Source of the DNA: Coleofasciculus sp. B1-GNL1-01
GTDB lineage: Bacteria; Cyanobacteriota; Cyanobacteriia; Cyanobacteriales; Coleofasciculaceae
Assembly: GCA_040220235.1 (NCBI GenBank)
Contig: JAVJTO010000157.1
Reading direction: 5' to 3' (one strand)
DNA length: 64,000 bases
The notes below the pieces were generated by a model that saw nothing but the letters and a program-made list of their open reading frames with translations, did not search any database and was not told the DNA's origin. Made by a program: the position numbers and the translations under genes. Positions 50,271 to 59,631 of this stretch are shown here, piece by piece (the stretch's first letter is position 1; each line of letters starts with the position of its first letter).

Positions 50271-50645
50271 GAGTCAGATGACCAGGAGACAGGTTTCAAG
50301 TCCAATCAGGTTGTTGAGGTAAACCTGAGATGGTACGATAACGGCTCCCAGGCTTAGGGAGAAAGTTCGCACCCAACCAACTGTATCTTGTCTCGTTTCT
50401 CACACGCCGGGGGCAAGCTGATCGGGTCTACCCGTGTTTCCATCTCCTGCCATGATCAACCGTATCGTTTTCTCATCTCATGTCTAGTTGGTTTGTGCGA
50501 CATTTAATTCCCAAGTTCCCCTGTAGTCCTAAGCGTCAGGTTTAGGACAGGCATCACCGTCTGTTGAGGTCGGTGAGACCTGTAACTACCCCACCGTTAT
50601 TTGAACTTTTCTAAACAATAGTCCACTTGACAAAAGGAGTCATTC

Positions 50646-52067
50646 ATGCCAGAAACGCCCCAAGATGTCTTGAAACTGATTCAAGAGGAAGACATTAAGA
50701 TTATTGACCTCAAATTCATTGATATGCCAGGGATCTGGCAGCACTGCTCGTTTTACTATGATCAAATTGACGAAAGTGCTTTTGAAGATGGGGTAGCTTT
50801 TGACGGGTCAAGTATTCGCGGTTGGAAATCCATTAACGAGTCCGACATGGCAATGGTGCCCGATCCGAAAACGGCTTGGATCGACCCATTCATGCAAGAA
50901 AAAACCCTGAGCATGATCTGCTCAATCAAGGAACCCCGCACGGGTGAATGGTACGACCGCGATCCCCGCACGATCGCTCAGAAAGCACTGGACTTTTTGA
51001 AGTCCACAGGAATTGGCGATATTGCCTTTTTTGGTCCGGAAGCGGAGTTCTTTATCTTCGACGATGTTCGCTTTGATCAAACCGAGAGCAAAGGCTTCTA
51101 CTATGTAGACAGCGTGGAAGGGCGTTGGAATTCCGGACGGGAAGAAGCTGGCGGTAACCTAGGATACAAGCCTCGTTACAAAGAAGGGTATTTCCCCGTT
51201 TCACCTACGGATACGCTGCAAGATATGCGTACCGAAATGCTGCTGACCATGGGTCGGTGTGGGGTGCCGATTGAAAAGCATCACCACGAAGTTGCGTCAG
51301 GGGGACAGAACGAACTTGGTGTCCGTTTTGCGCCTATCGTTGAAGCGGGTGACTTCTTGATGACGTACAAATATGTGATTAAAAACGTTGCCAAGAAGTA
51401 TGGCAAAACTGCCACATTTATGCCCAAGCCAATCTTCAACGACAATGGTTCAGGGATGCACACCCACCAGTCGATTTGGAAGGATGGGAAACCTCTGTTC
51501 TTCGGCGATGGCTACGCGAAGTTAAGCAAGATGGCGCTGCACTATATTGGCGGTTTGCTCAGACACGCCCCCGCTTTGTTAGCCTTAACCAACCCAACCA
51601 CCAACTCCTACAAGCGTTTGGTGCCAGGGTTTGAAGCGCCTGTAAACTTGGCTTACTCCCAAGGAAACCGTTCCGCCTCCATCCGGATTCCTCTGTCTGG
51701 TGACAATCCCAAGGCGAAGCGGATGGAATTCCGTTGTCCTGATGCAACCTGTAATCCTTATATTGCTTTTGCTGCAATGTTGTGTGCAGGTTTGGATGGG
51801 ATTAAGAATGAAATTGAGCCGGGCGAACCGTTGGATGTGGATATCTATGACCTCTCACCCGAGGAATTGAGCAAAATCCCATCAACTCCTGGTTCTCTGG
51901 AAGCTGCTTTAGAGCATTTGGAGAAGGATCATAGTTTCTTGACCAGTACAGGTGTATTCACCGAAGACTTTATCGACAACTGGATTGCTTACAAACTCGA
52001 CAATGAGATCAACCCGATGCGGTTGCGTCCTCATCCCTATGAGTTTTCCCTCTACTATGATGTCTAG
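50646..52067 (+). CDS. glnA: Glutamine synthetase type I
   Basis: [18 protein letters not shown]...[20 protein letters not shown] and RPHPYEF motifs, AAGGAG RBS. Confidence 0.99.
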   Translation: MPETPQDVLKLIQEEDIKIIDLKFIDMPGIWQHCSFYYDQIDESAFEDGVAFDGSSIRGWKSINESDMAMVPDPKTAWIDPFMQEKTLSMICSIKEPRTGEWYDRDPRTIAQKALDFLKSTGIGDIAFFGPEAEFFIFDDVRFDQTESKGFYYVDSVEGRWNSGREEAGGNLGYKPRYKEGYFPVSPTDTLQDMRTEMLLTMGRCGVPIEKHHHEVASGGQNELGVRFAPIVEAGDFLMTYKYVIKNVAKKYGKTATFMPKPIFNDNGSGMHTHQSIWKDGKPLFFGDGYAKLSKMALHYIGGLLRHAPALLALTNPTTNSYKRLVPGFEAPVNLAYSQGNRSASIRIPLSGDNPKAKRMEFRCPDATCNPYIAFAAMLCAGLDGIKNEIEPGEPLDVDIYDLSPEELSKIPSTPGSLEAALEHLEKDHSFLTSTGVFTEDFIDNWIAYKLDNEINPMRLRPHPYEFSLYYDV

Positions 52068-52091
52068 TCTCAACCGCTAGCACAACATGAC

Positions 52092-52121
52092 AAAAAAAGC
52101 CATCCCTAGGGGTGGCTTTTT
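52092..52121 (+). terminator. Rho-independent terminator after glnA
   Basis: AAAAAAGCCATCCC-TA-GGGGTGGCTTTTT. Confidence 0.8.
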
Positions 52122-52200
52122 GATTAACTGGCTGGGGGAAGCAAAGGGAATTTTTATGTTTGTTAGCATTTAAACAGTAAATTTACAAAAAAACATACAA

Positions 52201-53100
52201 ATGACTGTTGCTTATCCCCGCAAACTCAAAAACTCTGTTAGTGCGCGTGAAATCCTCCGAGGGGTAGTGAGCGATCGCGAAATGCACCTGATCACGCTAA
52301 ATCGCTACCGCTATAACGAACAACATAGCTGCAAAGACCTCACGGAAGTGGTCGAAAAACTCAATGGTCAACCGCGAGACTTGGTACAGGAACTGTCTCA
52401 CCATATTTGTGACGAAGCTCGCCATGCGATGTGGTTGACAGACCTTCTAGTAGACTTGGGTGCAGATATTGGTATGCCTCCCGGAGTATCCTACATCCAT
52501 GAGTTCGAGCGACTCATCGACCAGCAAACCTATGAATCACCAGGCAACAAAGAAGATGGTCTTATTGCTGCCTTAGCAGCAATCAACGTCACGGAAAAGC
52601 GCGGTTGTGAATATTTCTCGGCTCATATTCGAGCCTTGAAAGACGCTCCACAAACCGAAGAAAACATCAAGATTAGAGAAACAATTGAACGAATTTTCCC
52701 AGAAGAAGCGGTTCACGTGCGATGGGGTAACCGATGGCTGGCTAAAATCGCTGATAAAAGCCCCCGACATCGCCGGAAGGTGGAACAAGCTAAGCGCCAG
52801 TATGTGGCAATTGAACAGGCAGCTTATGAGGCTGGTATGGATATCATGGCTGGTGCAGAACTGCGCCGACTCAACCATCTGTTAGAAATTGCCAATACTT
52901 TAGAGGTTTGGGAACGTCCCAAGTACCTGATGGAAAACATACCGCAGACACTGCTAGCCCCCGAATTGCAGATGACCCGTCTAACTGTGGCACAACGAGC
53001 TTGGCAACGTGATCCCAAGATGTTTATGGAAAAGTTTGTACCGATGTTCTTGAACGGACTGAATATTGTCCCCAATAAGCAACACAAAGCTACGGCTTAG
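52201..53100 (+). CDS. Ferritin-like diiron domain protein
   Basis: E...DEARH...E...EEAVH (two ExxH motifs). Confidence 0.85.
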   Translation: MTVAYPRKLKNSVSAREILRGVVSDREMHLITLNRYRYNEQHSCKDLTEVVEKLNGQPRDLVQELSHHICDEARHAMWLTDLLVDLGADIGMPPGVSYIHEFERLIDQQTYESPGNKEDGLIAALAAINVTEKRGCEYFSAHIRALKDAPQTEENIKIRETIERIFPEEAVHVRWGNRWLAKIADKSPRHRRKVEQAKRQYVAIEQAAYEAGMDIMAGAELRRLNHLLEIANTLEVWERPKYLMENIPQTLLAPELQMTRLTVAQRAWQRDPKMFMEKFVPMFLNGLNIVPNKQHKATA

Positions 53101-53147
53101 GCACATTTTCTCTGAATTCGCTCTCTAGAGTTGAGAACCCCTCAGTA

Positions 53148-53180
53148 AGATCCCCGACTTCTTGAAGAAGTCGGGGATCT
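53148..53180. repeat. 33-bp REP hairpin
   Basis: AGATCCCCGACTTCTTGAAGAAGTCGGGGATCT. Confidence 0.88.
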
Positions 53181-53429
53181 GGGTCTTTGCGGGTAAGTAA
53201 TCGGTATTAACGGATAAAATAAGCTTGGGGGTACTCCCAAGTATCAAAGACGCCAAATCTGGCGATTATGGTGTGGGACTTAGTGCCTTCCCTTTTCTTT
53301 CATCATTGGTTAAAGTTAGGTGCATCGCTGATAATGCTCGCCATGTTCCCAGCAAGCTACAGGACGTATCCACCGTAAATACCACGCCTTGTGTTATATA
53401 CAATTGTCAATTGCTATAGAGAAACGTTT

Positions 53430-53933
53430 ATGACCACTAAAAAATCGAATCCAGAAACGGTGTCTACAGAAAGCTTGTCAACGGAAGAGATTGTCTCCAC
53501 GGAGTTCATCCAAGACCAGACTACCGTCAACTATGTAGAAACCATCGAAACAGTCATCTCTAGCCTGGAGCAAGATGACAGCGCTATGGTTAGCCATAAC
53601 GATGAAGGCTATCTCTGGAAGTTTAAGTATGGTAGTGTAGAAGTCTTTGTCCAGCTAACGGGTTCTACAGACGAGGATACATTCACCGTTTGGTCTTCGG
53701 TGCTGAACCTCCCGGCAGAAAAAGAAGCCGAATTGATGCGTAGGCTTCTGGAAATGAACTGGTCAGATACCTTTGAATCCCGTTTTGGGATTGTGGATGA
53801 TCAAGTGGTGGTGTTATCATCGCGCACGGTGGCTGAACTATCGCCGGGAGAAATTTCTCGGGCGATTACGATTGTTGCTACTATTGCTGATGATAATGAT
53901 GAAGCGTTGCAAGAAGAGTTTGGCGCGGCTTGA
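53430..53933 (+). CDS. YbjN-domain protein
   Basis: WKFKYGSVEVFVQLTG, LLEMNW and EISRAIT.VA..AD..DE.L motifs. Confidence 0.8.
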   Translation: MTTKKSNPETVSTESLSTEEIVSTEFIQDQTTVNYVETIETVISSLEQDDSAMVSHNDEGYLWKFKYGSVEVFVQLTGSTDEDTFTVWSSVLNLPAEKEAELMRRLLEMNWSDTFESRFGIVDDQVVVLSSRTVAELSPGEISRAITIVATIADDNDEALQEEFGAA

Positions 53934-54227
53934 GTTGTACTACAACCAGAATCCGCCTCTACACCGAACAAGGTGAACTCTCTTACTTTTGGTCGGGATC
54001 TGGAAAACCTCTCTCCAAACCTCTCTCCGAACCTCTCCCTAGCCCTCTCCTACAAGGAGAGGGAAGCGGAATATATTTTTTTATTTGGAGAGGCTTTGAA
54101 TTCTCCCCCATGGAACAAAAAGCGAAGCATCCGCTGGCTTCCCCCTTCGTTAGCTTGTATTGTGTCCACCTACTTATACCTTGTAGAGGTTAGCAGCGGG
54201 AGCATGTCAATCTCTCTATCGTAGCTG

Positions 54228-54584
54228 GTGAAAATTTTATTTATCGAAGATAACGACTTGAATCGGGAAGCAATTAGTGAATATCTTGAGTTGCATGGGT
54301 ATGAAGTTTATGCTAAACCCGATGGCGCTAATTTTTTAGAGGTGGTGAGAGAATTTCAACCTGATTTAATTTTACTGGATCTCAAGTTACCAGAGATTGA
54401 TGGCTTTACTTTGATGGAACAACTGCGACAATCCCAATCGTTACCAATCCCGGTGGTCATTCTTTCAGCACTTTCCTTTAATTCGGATAAACAGCGAGCA
54501 TTTGAATTGGGGGCTTGCTGTTTTTTGGTGAAACCGACGATGGTGCAGGATATTAGGCGTGCGATTCAGAAGGAATTGAAATAA
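54228..54584 (+). CDS. Single-domain response regulator
   Basis: IEDN, PDLILLDLKLP..DG, LSA and VKP motifs. Confidence 0.92.
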   Translation: MKILFIEDNDLNREAISEYLELHGYEVYAKPDGANFLEVVREFQPDLILLDLKLPEIDGFTLMEQLRQSQSLPIPVVILSALSFNSDKQRAFELGACCFLVKPTMVQDIRRAIQKELK

Positions 54585-54664
54585 TTGGCATGTCTGTTTT
54601 CGGGTAGGGGCGGGTTTAGCCATTTACAGCAGAATTGGTGGTTGATCAGGTACAGCCTTAAGCA

Positions 54665-54697
54665 AGATCCCCGACTTCTTGGAGAAGTCGGGGATCT
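54665..54697. repeat. 33-bp REP hairpin, preceded by a half REP at 54604-54618
   Basis: AGATCCCCGACTTCTTGGAGAAGTCGGGGATCT. Confidence 0.88.
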
Positions 54698-54760
54698 GTC
54701 TGTGTTACTTGAAAAGCGCTGTATTTTAGATACTCACCAAGAAATGAACAACAAAACCTT

Positions 54761-54949
54761 CTATTCCGACTCGGATTGGCGTTGCTGTTGAATAAATTCC
54801 TCAATAATTCGGGTAAGATTATTCACAGATTCTCCAATTTGAGTGAGTCGGGTTTCAGTTTGAGAGAGTCCGAGTAGGGTATTTTGGAGTTGGTTGCCTA
54901 AAATGTCGATCGCGTCTCGATACTCTCTCTCTAATTCTTCCAGAGTCAT
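54761..54949 (-). CDS. Small coiled-coil hypothetical protein
   Basis: 62-aa heptad-rich ORF with GAGG RBS, downstream of the REC-GAF gene. Confidence 0.65.
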   Translation of the reverse strand: MTLEELEREYRDAIDILGNQLQNTLLGLSQTETRLTQIGESVNNLTRIIEEFIQQQRQSESE

Positions 54950-55019
54950 GGTCAAACCTCAATGATTGATTGAGTTCCAGTCTGGACGCTCAATGTTAGC
55001 GATCGCGTTTATGCTATGT

Positions 55020-55937
55020 TCAATTTGTGTTCATGAAAAGGGCGATCGCGAGTAAGTTGCTCAGATCTCTCAATCGCTCTATTGTCGGCTGATCCCAATG
55101 GCGTGGTGTTATGCATTGATGGACACACAGCCCCCCTAATCGTTGACCGTGACTGATTAAGGGTAAAATTAAAACGGCTTTGGCTTTTAAGGGAGTCAGT
55201 TGCGCGATCGCAACATCTGAGAGTTCGGTTTGCTCAATATCCTCAATCGCTACAATTTGCCCTTGTTGGTAAACCGTCTTATAGACTTGTTCTAAACCGG
55301 GATCAGCAAGGTAAAGTTCTAGTACCGAGGGATATCCGGGGGCGACGGATTCCACAATCGATTGATCGCCTAAGGTATAAAGGATGACTCGTTCAACCTC
55401 TAACTGAACTCGCAGCTTCGCCACCGTGAAATCCAGCAGCGTTAACACAGGAGTAGACTTACACAAGCGCTGGAGAATCTCTGCGAATAAAGCATCCCAC
55501 TCTTGTAAACGCTGTAATTGCTGGGTGGCTTGTTCCGCCTGTGTTAAAGCTTGAGCCGCCGTCAAGAGACGCCGTACTCGTTGGGAGAGAACCGCCCAAT
55601 AGATGGGTTTGGTGACATAATCCGTTGCACCTACGGCAAAAGCATGATCCACAGAATCTTGATCATCCAGAACCGTAATCATTAAAATCGGGATGCGATC
55701 GCCTCCTGGTAGAGAACGCAAACGCTTACAGCAGGTAAAGCCATCCAATCCCGGCATAACTGCATCCAACAATACCATGTCTGGCTGATGATGCATATAT
55801 TCGCTCAGACATTGCTCCCCATCCTTCGCTTCCACAACGCCATATCCTTCTTCTGTCATCGCTAAATTGAGTAATGAGCGCATCGAACGATCATCATCAA
55901 CGACGAGGATTAAAGGTTGATCAGGCTGAAAATCCAT
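55020..55937 (-). CDS. REC-GAF response regulator
   Basis: VVDDD, PDMVLLDAVMP and TKP, then GAF (ERV..Y, VESV, L.VHQC..PR.W). Confidence 0.88.
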   Translation of the reverse strand: MDFQPDQPLILVVDDDRSMRSLLNLAMTEEGYGVVEAKDGEQCLSEYMHHQPDMVLLDAVMPGLDGFTCCKRLRSLPGGDRIPILMITVLDDQDSVDHAFAVGATDYVTKPIYWAVLSQRVRRLLTAAQALTQAEQATQQLQRLQEWDALFAEILQRLCKSTPVLTLLDFTVAKLRVQLEVERVILYTLGDQSIVESVAPGYPSVLELYLADPGLEQVYKTVYQQGQIVAIEDIEQTELSDVAIAQLTPLKAKAVLILPLISHGQRLGGLCVHQCITPRHWDQPTIERLRDLSNLLAIALFMNTN

Positions 55938-56053
55938 AGTAGGAGGGTAGGTGAAAGAATGATTTTGCCGTAGAGGTTTACCAGGTAGGGGCTTGATAAC
56001 CAAGCCCCTACTATGTTTGTGTAGCCGCGATTAAAATCGCCCGAGAGTCTGAT

Positions 56054-56160
56054 ATCATGTCCGGCAAATCACTCCTAATAAAAACTTCTCCCCATCTCCC
56101 CCTCACCCCATCTCCCCCTCACCCCATCACCGTAATTATGGGTATTCAACCGGACATGAT
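56054..56160. mobile_element. MITE-like element ATCATGTCCGG...CCGGACATGAT with internal CCCCATCTCCCCCTCA repeats
   Basis: Perfect 11-bp TIRs enclosing short tandem repeats. Confidence 0.7.
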
Positions 56161-56165
56161 TATGA

Positions 56166-56999
56166 TTAGGGAATGGGAATTGGAGATTTTGACACCTGTT
56201 TAATTAAAGCAGTTTTCACCTTCTCATACTCTACCTTGACCTGAACCAGTTGCTCGGCAGGGACTTCACTCATACCCGCACTTGCCAAGGCTTCCAACTT
56301 CTTGCAGAGATGGGAAAGAGTGACAGCACCCAGATTCGCGCTACTCGAACGGAGACTATGAGCCGCCTGTCTTAGCGCCTCTGCATCTTGGGTTGCGATC
56401 GCCGATTGAATGGCTTGAAGTCGTTCGGGTGCATCTTCTAAATAGTCCCCCACAATTTTATCCAAGACAATATGGGCTTTTGCTCCCGCTAATTTCTCTA
56501 AGGATTGCCATATCTTAGGAGCTAATACCTCCGACTCCGTATCAAGCAACCTTGGCGACGCCGGAAAAACACCTGCGCCCTCATCTCCATGTAACCCCTG
56601 ATCACTATCCGATACCTTCTGCAACGCCTGAACCAGTTTTGGCAACTCAATCGGTTTCGTAATATAATCATCCATCCCCGCCGCCAAGCACTGTTCTCGA
56701 TCGCCCCGCCGAGCATAAGCTGTAAGCGCAATAATCCGAGGACGTTCGCCAGCAGCCCACTGCTCACATATCTGGCGAGTCGCGGTTAAACCATCCATTT
56801 CTGGCATTTCCACATCCATAAACACGACATCATAAGACTGGCTATGCAAAGCCTGTAACACCTCTGCACCGTTACTCACGACATCAGCCTGATAGCCTAA
56901 TTTCTTTAGCAAAAGTACGGCAAACTTCTGATTCACCCGATTGTCTTCCGCTAGTAAAATCCGTGTTTTATGGCTTTTTGGTAAAGATGTGGTTTGCAT
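56166..56999 (-). CDS. REC-Hpt phosphorelay protein
   Basis: AEDNRVNQ, FMDVEMPEMDG, AGMDDYITKP and Hpt AHSLRSSSANLGA. Confidence 0.9.
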   Translation of the reverse strand: MQTTSLPKSHKTRILLAEDNRVNQKFAVLLLKKLGYQADVVSNGAEVLQALHSQSYDVVFMDVEMPEMDGLTATRQICEQWAAGERPRIIALTAYARRGDREQCLAAGMDDYITKPIELPKLVQALQKVSDSDQGLHGDEGAGVFPASPRLLDTESEVLAPKIWQSLEKLAGAKAHIVLDKIVGDYLEDAPERLQAIQSAIATQDAEALRQAAHSLRSSSANLGAVTLSHLCKKLEALASAGMSEVPAEQLVQVKVEYEKVKTALIKQVSKSPIPIP

Positions 57000-57328
57000 T
57001 GGGTTATGTCTGTTAGGTTGGCTTATTTCTGTCTCTTATTTATTGTGTAGGTAAGAAGGCTAATGAGATATACGCCAGATTGCCGAATTCTCCATGGTAA
57101 ATCGACGTAATTTTTGTTTACATTTGTCTCGACCTGACGAATAAGTTGTTCAGGACTACTGATTTAGAGTGTATTTCCGAGTTGAGTTCGCCACATCACC
57201 CTTAAAAGTTGATTTGGATCACTGATTTTCTGTGTGCTGATCCGTAACCTATCATGCATTTAAATTGACATTAAGGTTTAAAAATTCCGGACACATTAAA
57301 CCTTCTATCCTCTACCTTTTTCTAGGCT

Positions 57329-57556
57329 CTAATCCATATCCAGAAGATGCTGACCCGATTGTTGTAACTGCTGCCAAAGGTCTTGAATTTGATCATAAGC
57401 CTGTTCCGGAGGCAATTTTCCGGAGGTTTGTAGGTTGCAGATGGTGGTCACTCGCTGGGCAAATTCTTGCAAATTGGCATTAAAGACCAGATAGTCCGGT
57501 TTTATCTGACCATAGTAGCGACAACGAGGATATAAAAAATTTAGGCGATCGCTCAT
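57329..57556 (-). CDS. Conserved small cyanobacterial protein (FLYP..RY.G...P..L.FNANLQEFA family)
   Basis: Recognisable conserved motif, 75 aa. Confidence 0.8.
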   Translation of the reverse strand: MSDRLNFLYPRCRYYGQIKPDYLVFNANLQEFAQRVTTICNLQTSGKLPPEQAYDQIQDLWQQLQQSGQHLLDMD

Positions 57557-57872
57557 TTTGGGCTTCTCCCAGATTCTTGAAATTTTCTGTCTATTAAAAC
57601 TCCTATTATTAATCAAAAAACTGGATATTGACCAATCGTTGTGAACATTTCTTGACAGAAAATTTCTTGGGTCAGTTCATAGTCAAGATGATGGTAGCGA
57701 TGAAGCCCGGATTGATCTGCCTAAAAAAAATAGGTAATTTTGTAGCTTATGTTACTGCTGCTAGGGGCATAGGTCTAGTTTGCCAAAACTCTCTCTTAGA
57801 GAAGAGGAGATATTCAAACGCCTGAGTAACTTTAAAAGTAAGACCTTCAATTGTCGTCACCGTCAGGTTTCC

Positions 57873-59468
57873 ATGCCTTCAGAAAACACTACCGCCACTC
57901 CTGATCAAGCGAATACTCATGTTGATAATGGCAATCAGCAACACAGACAGGATAGCGAAGCAACTGCCAAAAAATCACCACAACAACCCGAAGCTGACCA
58001 AGACGATTTAAATAGGAAAAAATCCCCCCAGTCTTCTCAGCTCAAAACCAAGTTAAAAAAAGCATGGTGGCTGATTCCCCTGGTGGGGTTAGTGCTGGCG
58101 ATTGGTGGTGTATCGGTGATGCGCCTGTCGCCTAAGGATGAAGAAGCCGCTACTACCACTCAACCTTCCCCCTTACCCGTGCGGGTTACCCCAGCCCAAT
58201 TAGAATCGATTCGCGCTTGGGTATCCAGTGAAGGGAATGTCCGGGCGACTCGCTTTAAACATCTAACCTTTGACGTAGCGGGTGATGTCACATATATCGC
58301 CAACCGGGAAGGGGGGCGACGATTACGAGAAGGCGATCGCGTACAAAAAGGGGAACTGCTTGCCCGAATTGATGATCGGGAACTCCAAGCCCAGGTGAGT
58401 CAAGCACAAGCGGCTGTCGCCGAGGCGCAAGAACAGAAAAGCGTCGCCGCCGCTAATCTCGCCCAAGCCCAGGCACAAGTCGCCCAGGCGCGTTCTCAGG
58501 TGAGCCAAGCCCAAGCCCAATTAACCAAGGCGCGATCCAATCGGGATCTGGCGCAAAGTCAACTCGAACGCTATCGACTCCTTTATCACCAGGGCGTGAT
58601 TCCCGCCAGTGAATTTGATACCCGCCAGAATACACTCCAAGACGCCCAAGCCCAAATTCAAGCCGCCCAAGCCCAAGTTCAAGCCGCCCAAGATCAAGTT
58701 CAAGCCGCCCAAGCCCAAGTTCAAGCCACCAGAGAACAGGTGGAAGCCGCTGAAACGGGGATTACCACGGCTCGCGCCCAACTGACTCAGGCGAAGGTTG
58801 ACTTAGAAGGTACTCGACTTTACGCCCCCTTTGATGGTGTTGTCGCCTATCTGAATATTCGCGAAAACGAATATTATACTCCTCAACTCGTGTCTACCCA
58901 ACTGGCAGGAGATTATCAAGGCATTTTAGAGCGAGTACCGATTGTCGTCATCGATCCCAGCCAATTTGAAGTCATTGCCGACTTCCCCGCCTCCAGTGGA
59001 CAGCAGATTCGTCCCGGTCAACCTGCCTACATTGTCTCAGAACTGGAGCGCTCCGGTGAACGTCCCAATCAAACCATTATTGAAAGGGCGCGTGCGAAAG
59101 GAGAAGTATTTGCCGTCAACCCCGCTGTTAGTCCAGGGGGGCGATCGATTCAAGTCACCATTCGGATTACGGACACCACAACTAACCTACAACATGGAGA
59201 ACAGGTTTCAGCTTGGATTGCTGTGGAAGACGAGGACAATACAGTTGTGGCTCCCTTAGATGCCTTTGTTTATCGTGATCAAGACCCCTATGTCTTTGTC
59301 GTCAATCCCGAAGAAAAAGTAGTGGATCAGCGTCAAATTGTACCCGGAATTACAGGCATTCAGCGGCGAGAAATTGAGAGCGGTGTTTCCCCTGGAGAAC
59401 TGTTAGTCACTGAAGGACAAAATCGTTTAGTAGATGGCACACCTGTCGAGATTATTGAACGCAATTAA
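57873..59468 (+). CDS. RND efflux periplasmic adaptor with long Q/A coiled coil
   Basis: TM helix, EGDRV.KG.LLA.ID lipoyl motif, AQAQV repeats, APFDGVV and G...L.DG..V. Confidence 0.92.
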   Translation: MPSENTTATPDQANTHVDNGNQQHRQDSEATAKKSPQQPEADQDDLNRKKSPQSSQLKTKLKKAWWLIPLVGLVLAIGGVSVMRLSPKDEEAATTTQPSPLPVRVTPAQLESIRAWVSSEGNVRATRFKHLTFDVAGDVTYIANREGGRRLREGDRVQKGELLARIDDRELQAQVSQAQAAVAEAQEQKSVAAANLAQAQAQVAQARSQVSQAQAQLTKARSNRDLAQSQLERYRLLYHQGVIPASEFDTRQNTLQDAQAQIQAAQAQVQAAQDQVQAAQAQVQATREQVEAAETGITTARAQLTQAKVDLEGTRLYAPFDGVVAYLNIRENEYYTPQLVSTQLAGDYQGILERVPIVVIDPSQFEVIADFPASSGQQIRPGQPAYIVSELERSGERPNQTIIERARAKGEVFAVNPAVSPGGRSIQVTIRITDTTTNLQHGEQVSAWIAVEDEDNTVVAPLDAFVYRDQDPYVFVVNPEEKVVDQRQIVPGITGIQRREIESGVSPGELLVTEGQNRLVDGTPVEIIERN

Positions 59469-59542
59469 TAAGGAAGATGGGGAGATGGGGAGATGAGGGA
59501 GACAAAATTTCTATAGCCTATTACCCTGTTCCCTATTCCCTA

Positions 59543-59631
59543 ACCAATGACAAATGACAAATGACAAATGACCAATGACAAATGACCAATGACAAATGAC
59601 CAATGACCAATGACCAATGACCAATGACCAA
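59543..59631 (+). repeat. STRR heptamer array (AATGAC[A/C])n running into the RND start codon
   Basis: About 12 tandem heptamers. Confidence 0.9.

Noticed and set aside
50277..50645. Known glutamine (glnA-motif) riboswitch
   Set aside because: The conserved core nucleotides were not recognised by eye. An Rfam scan is needed to be definitive.
53930..54224. ORFs at 53930 and 53973
   Set aside because: They are built largely from AACCTCTCTCC repeats and a CCCTCTCC/GGAGAGGG hairpin, so probably non-coding.
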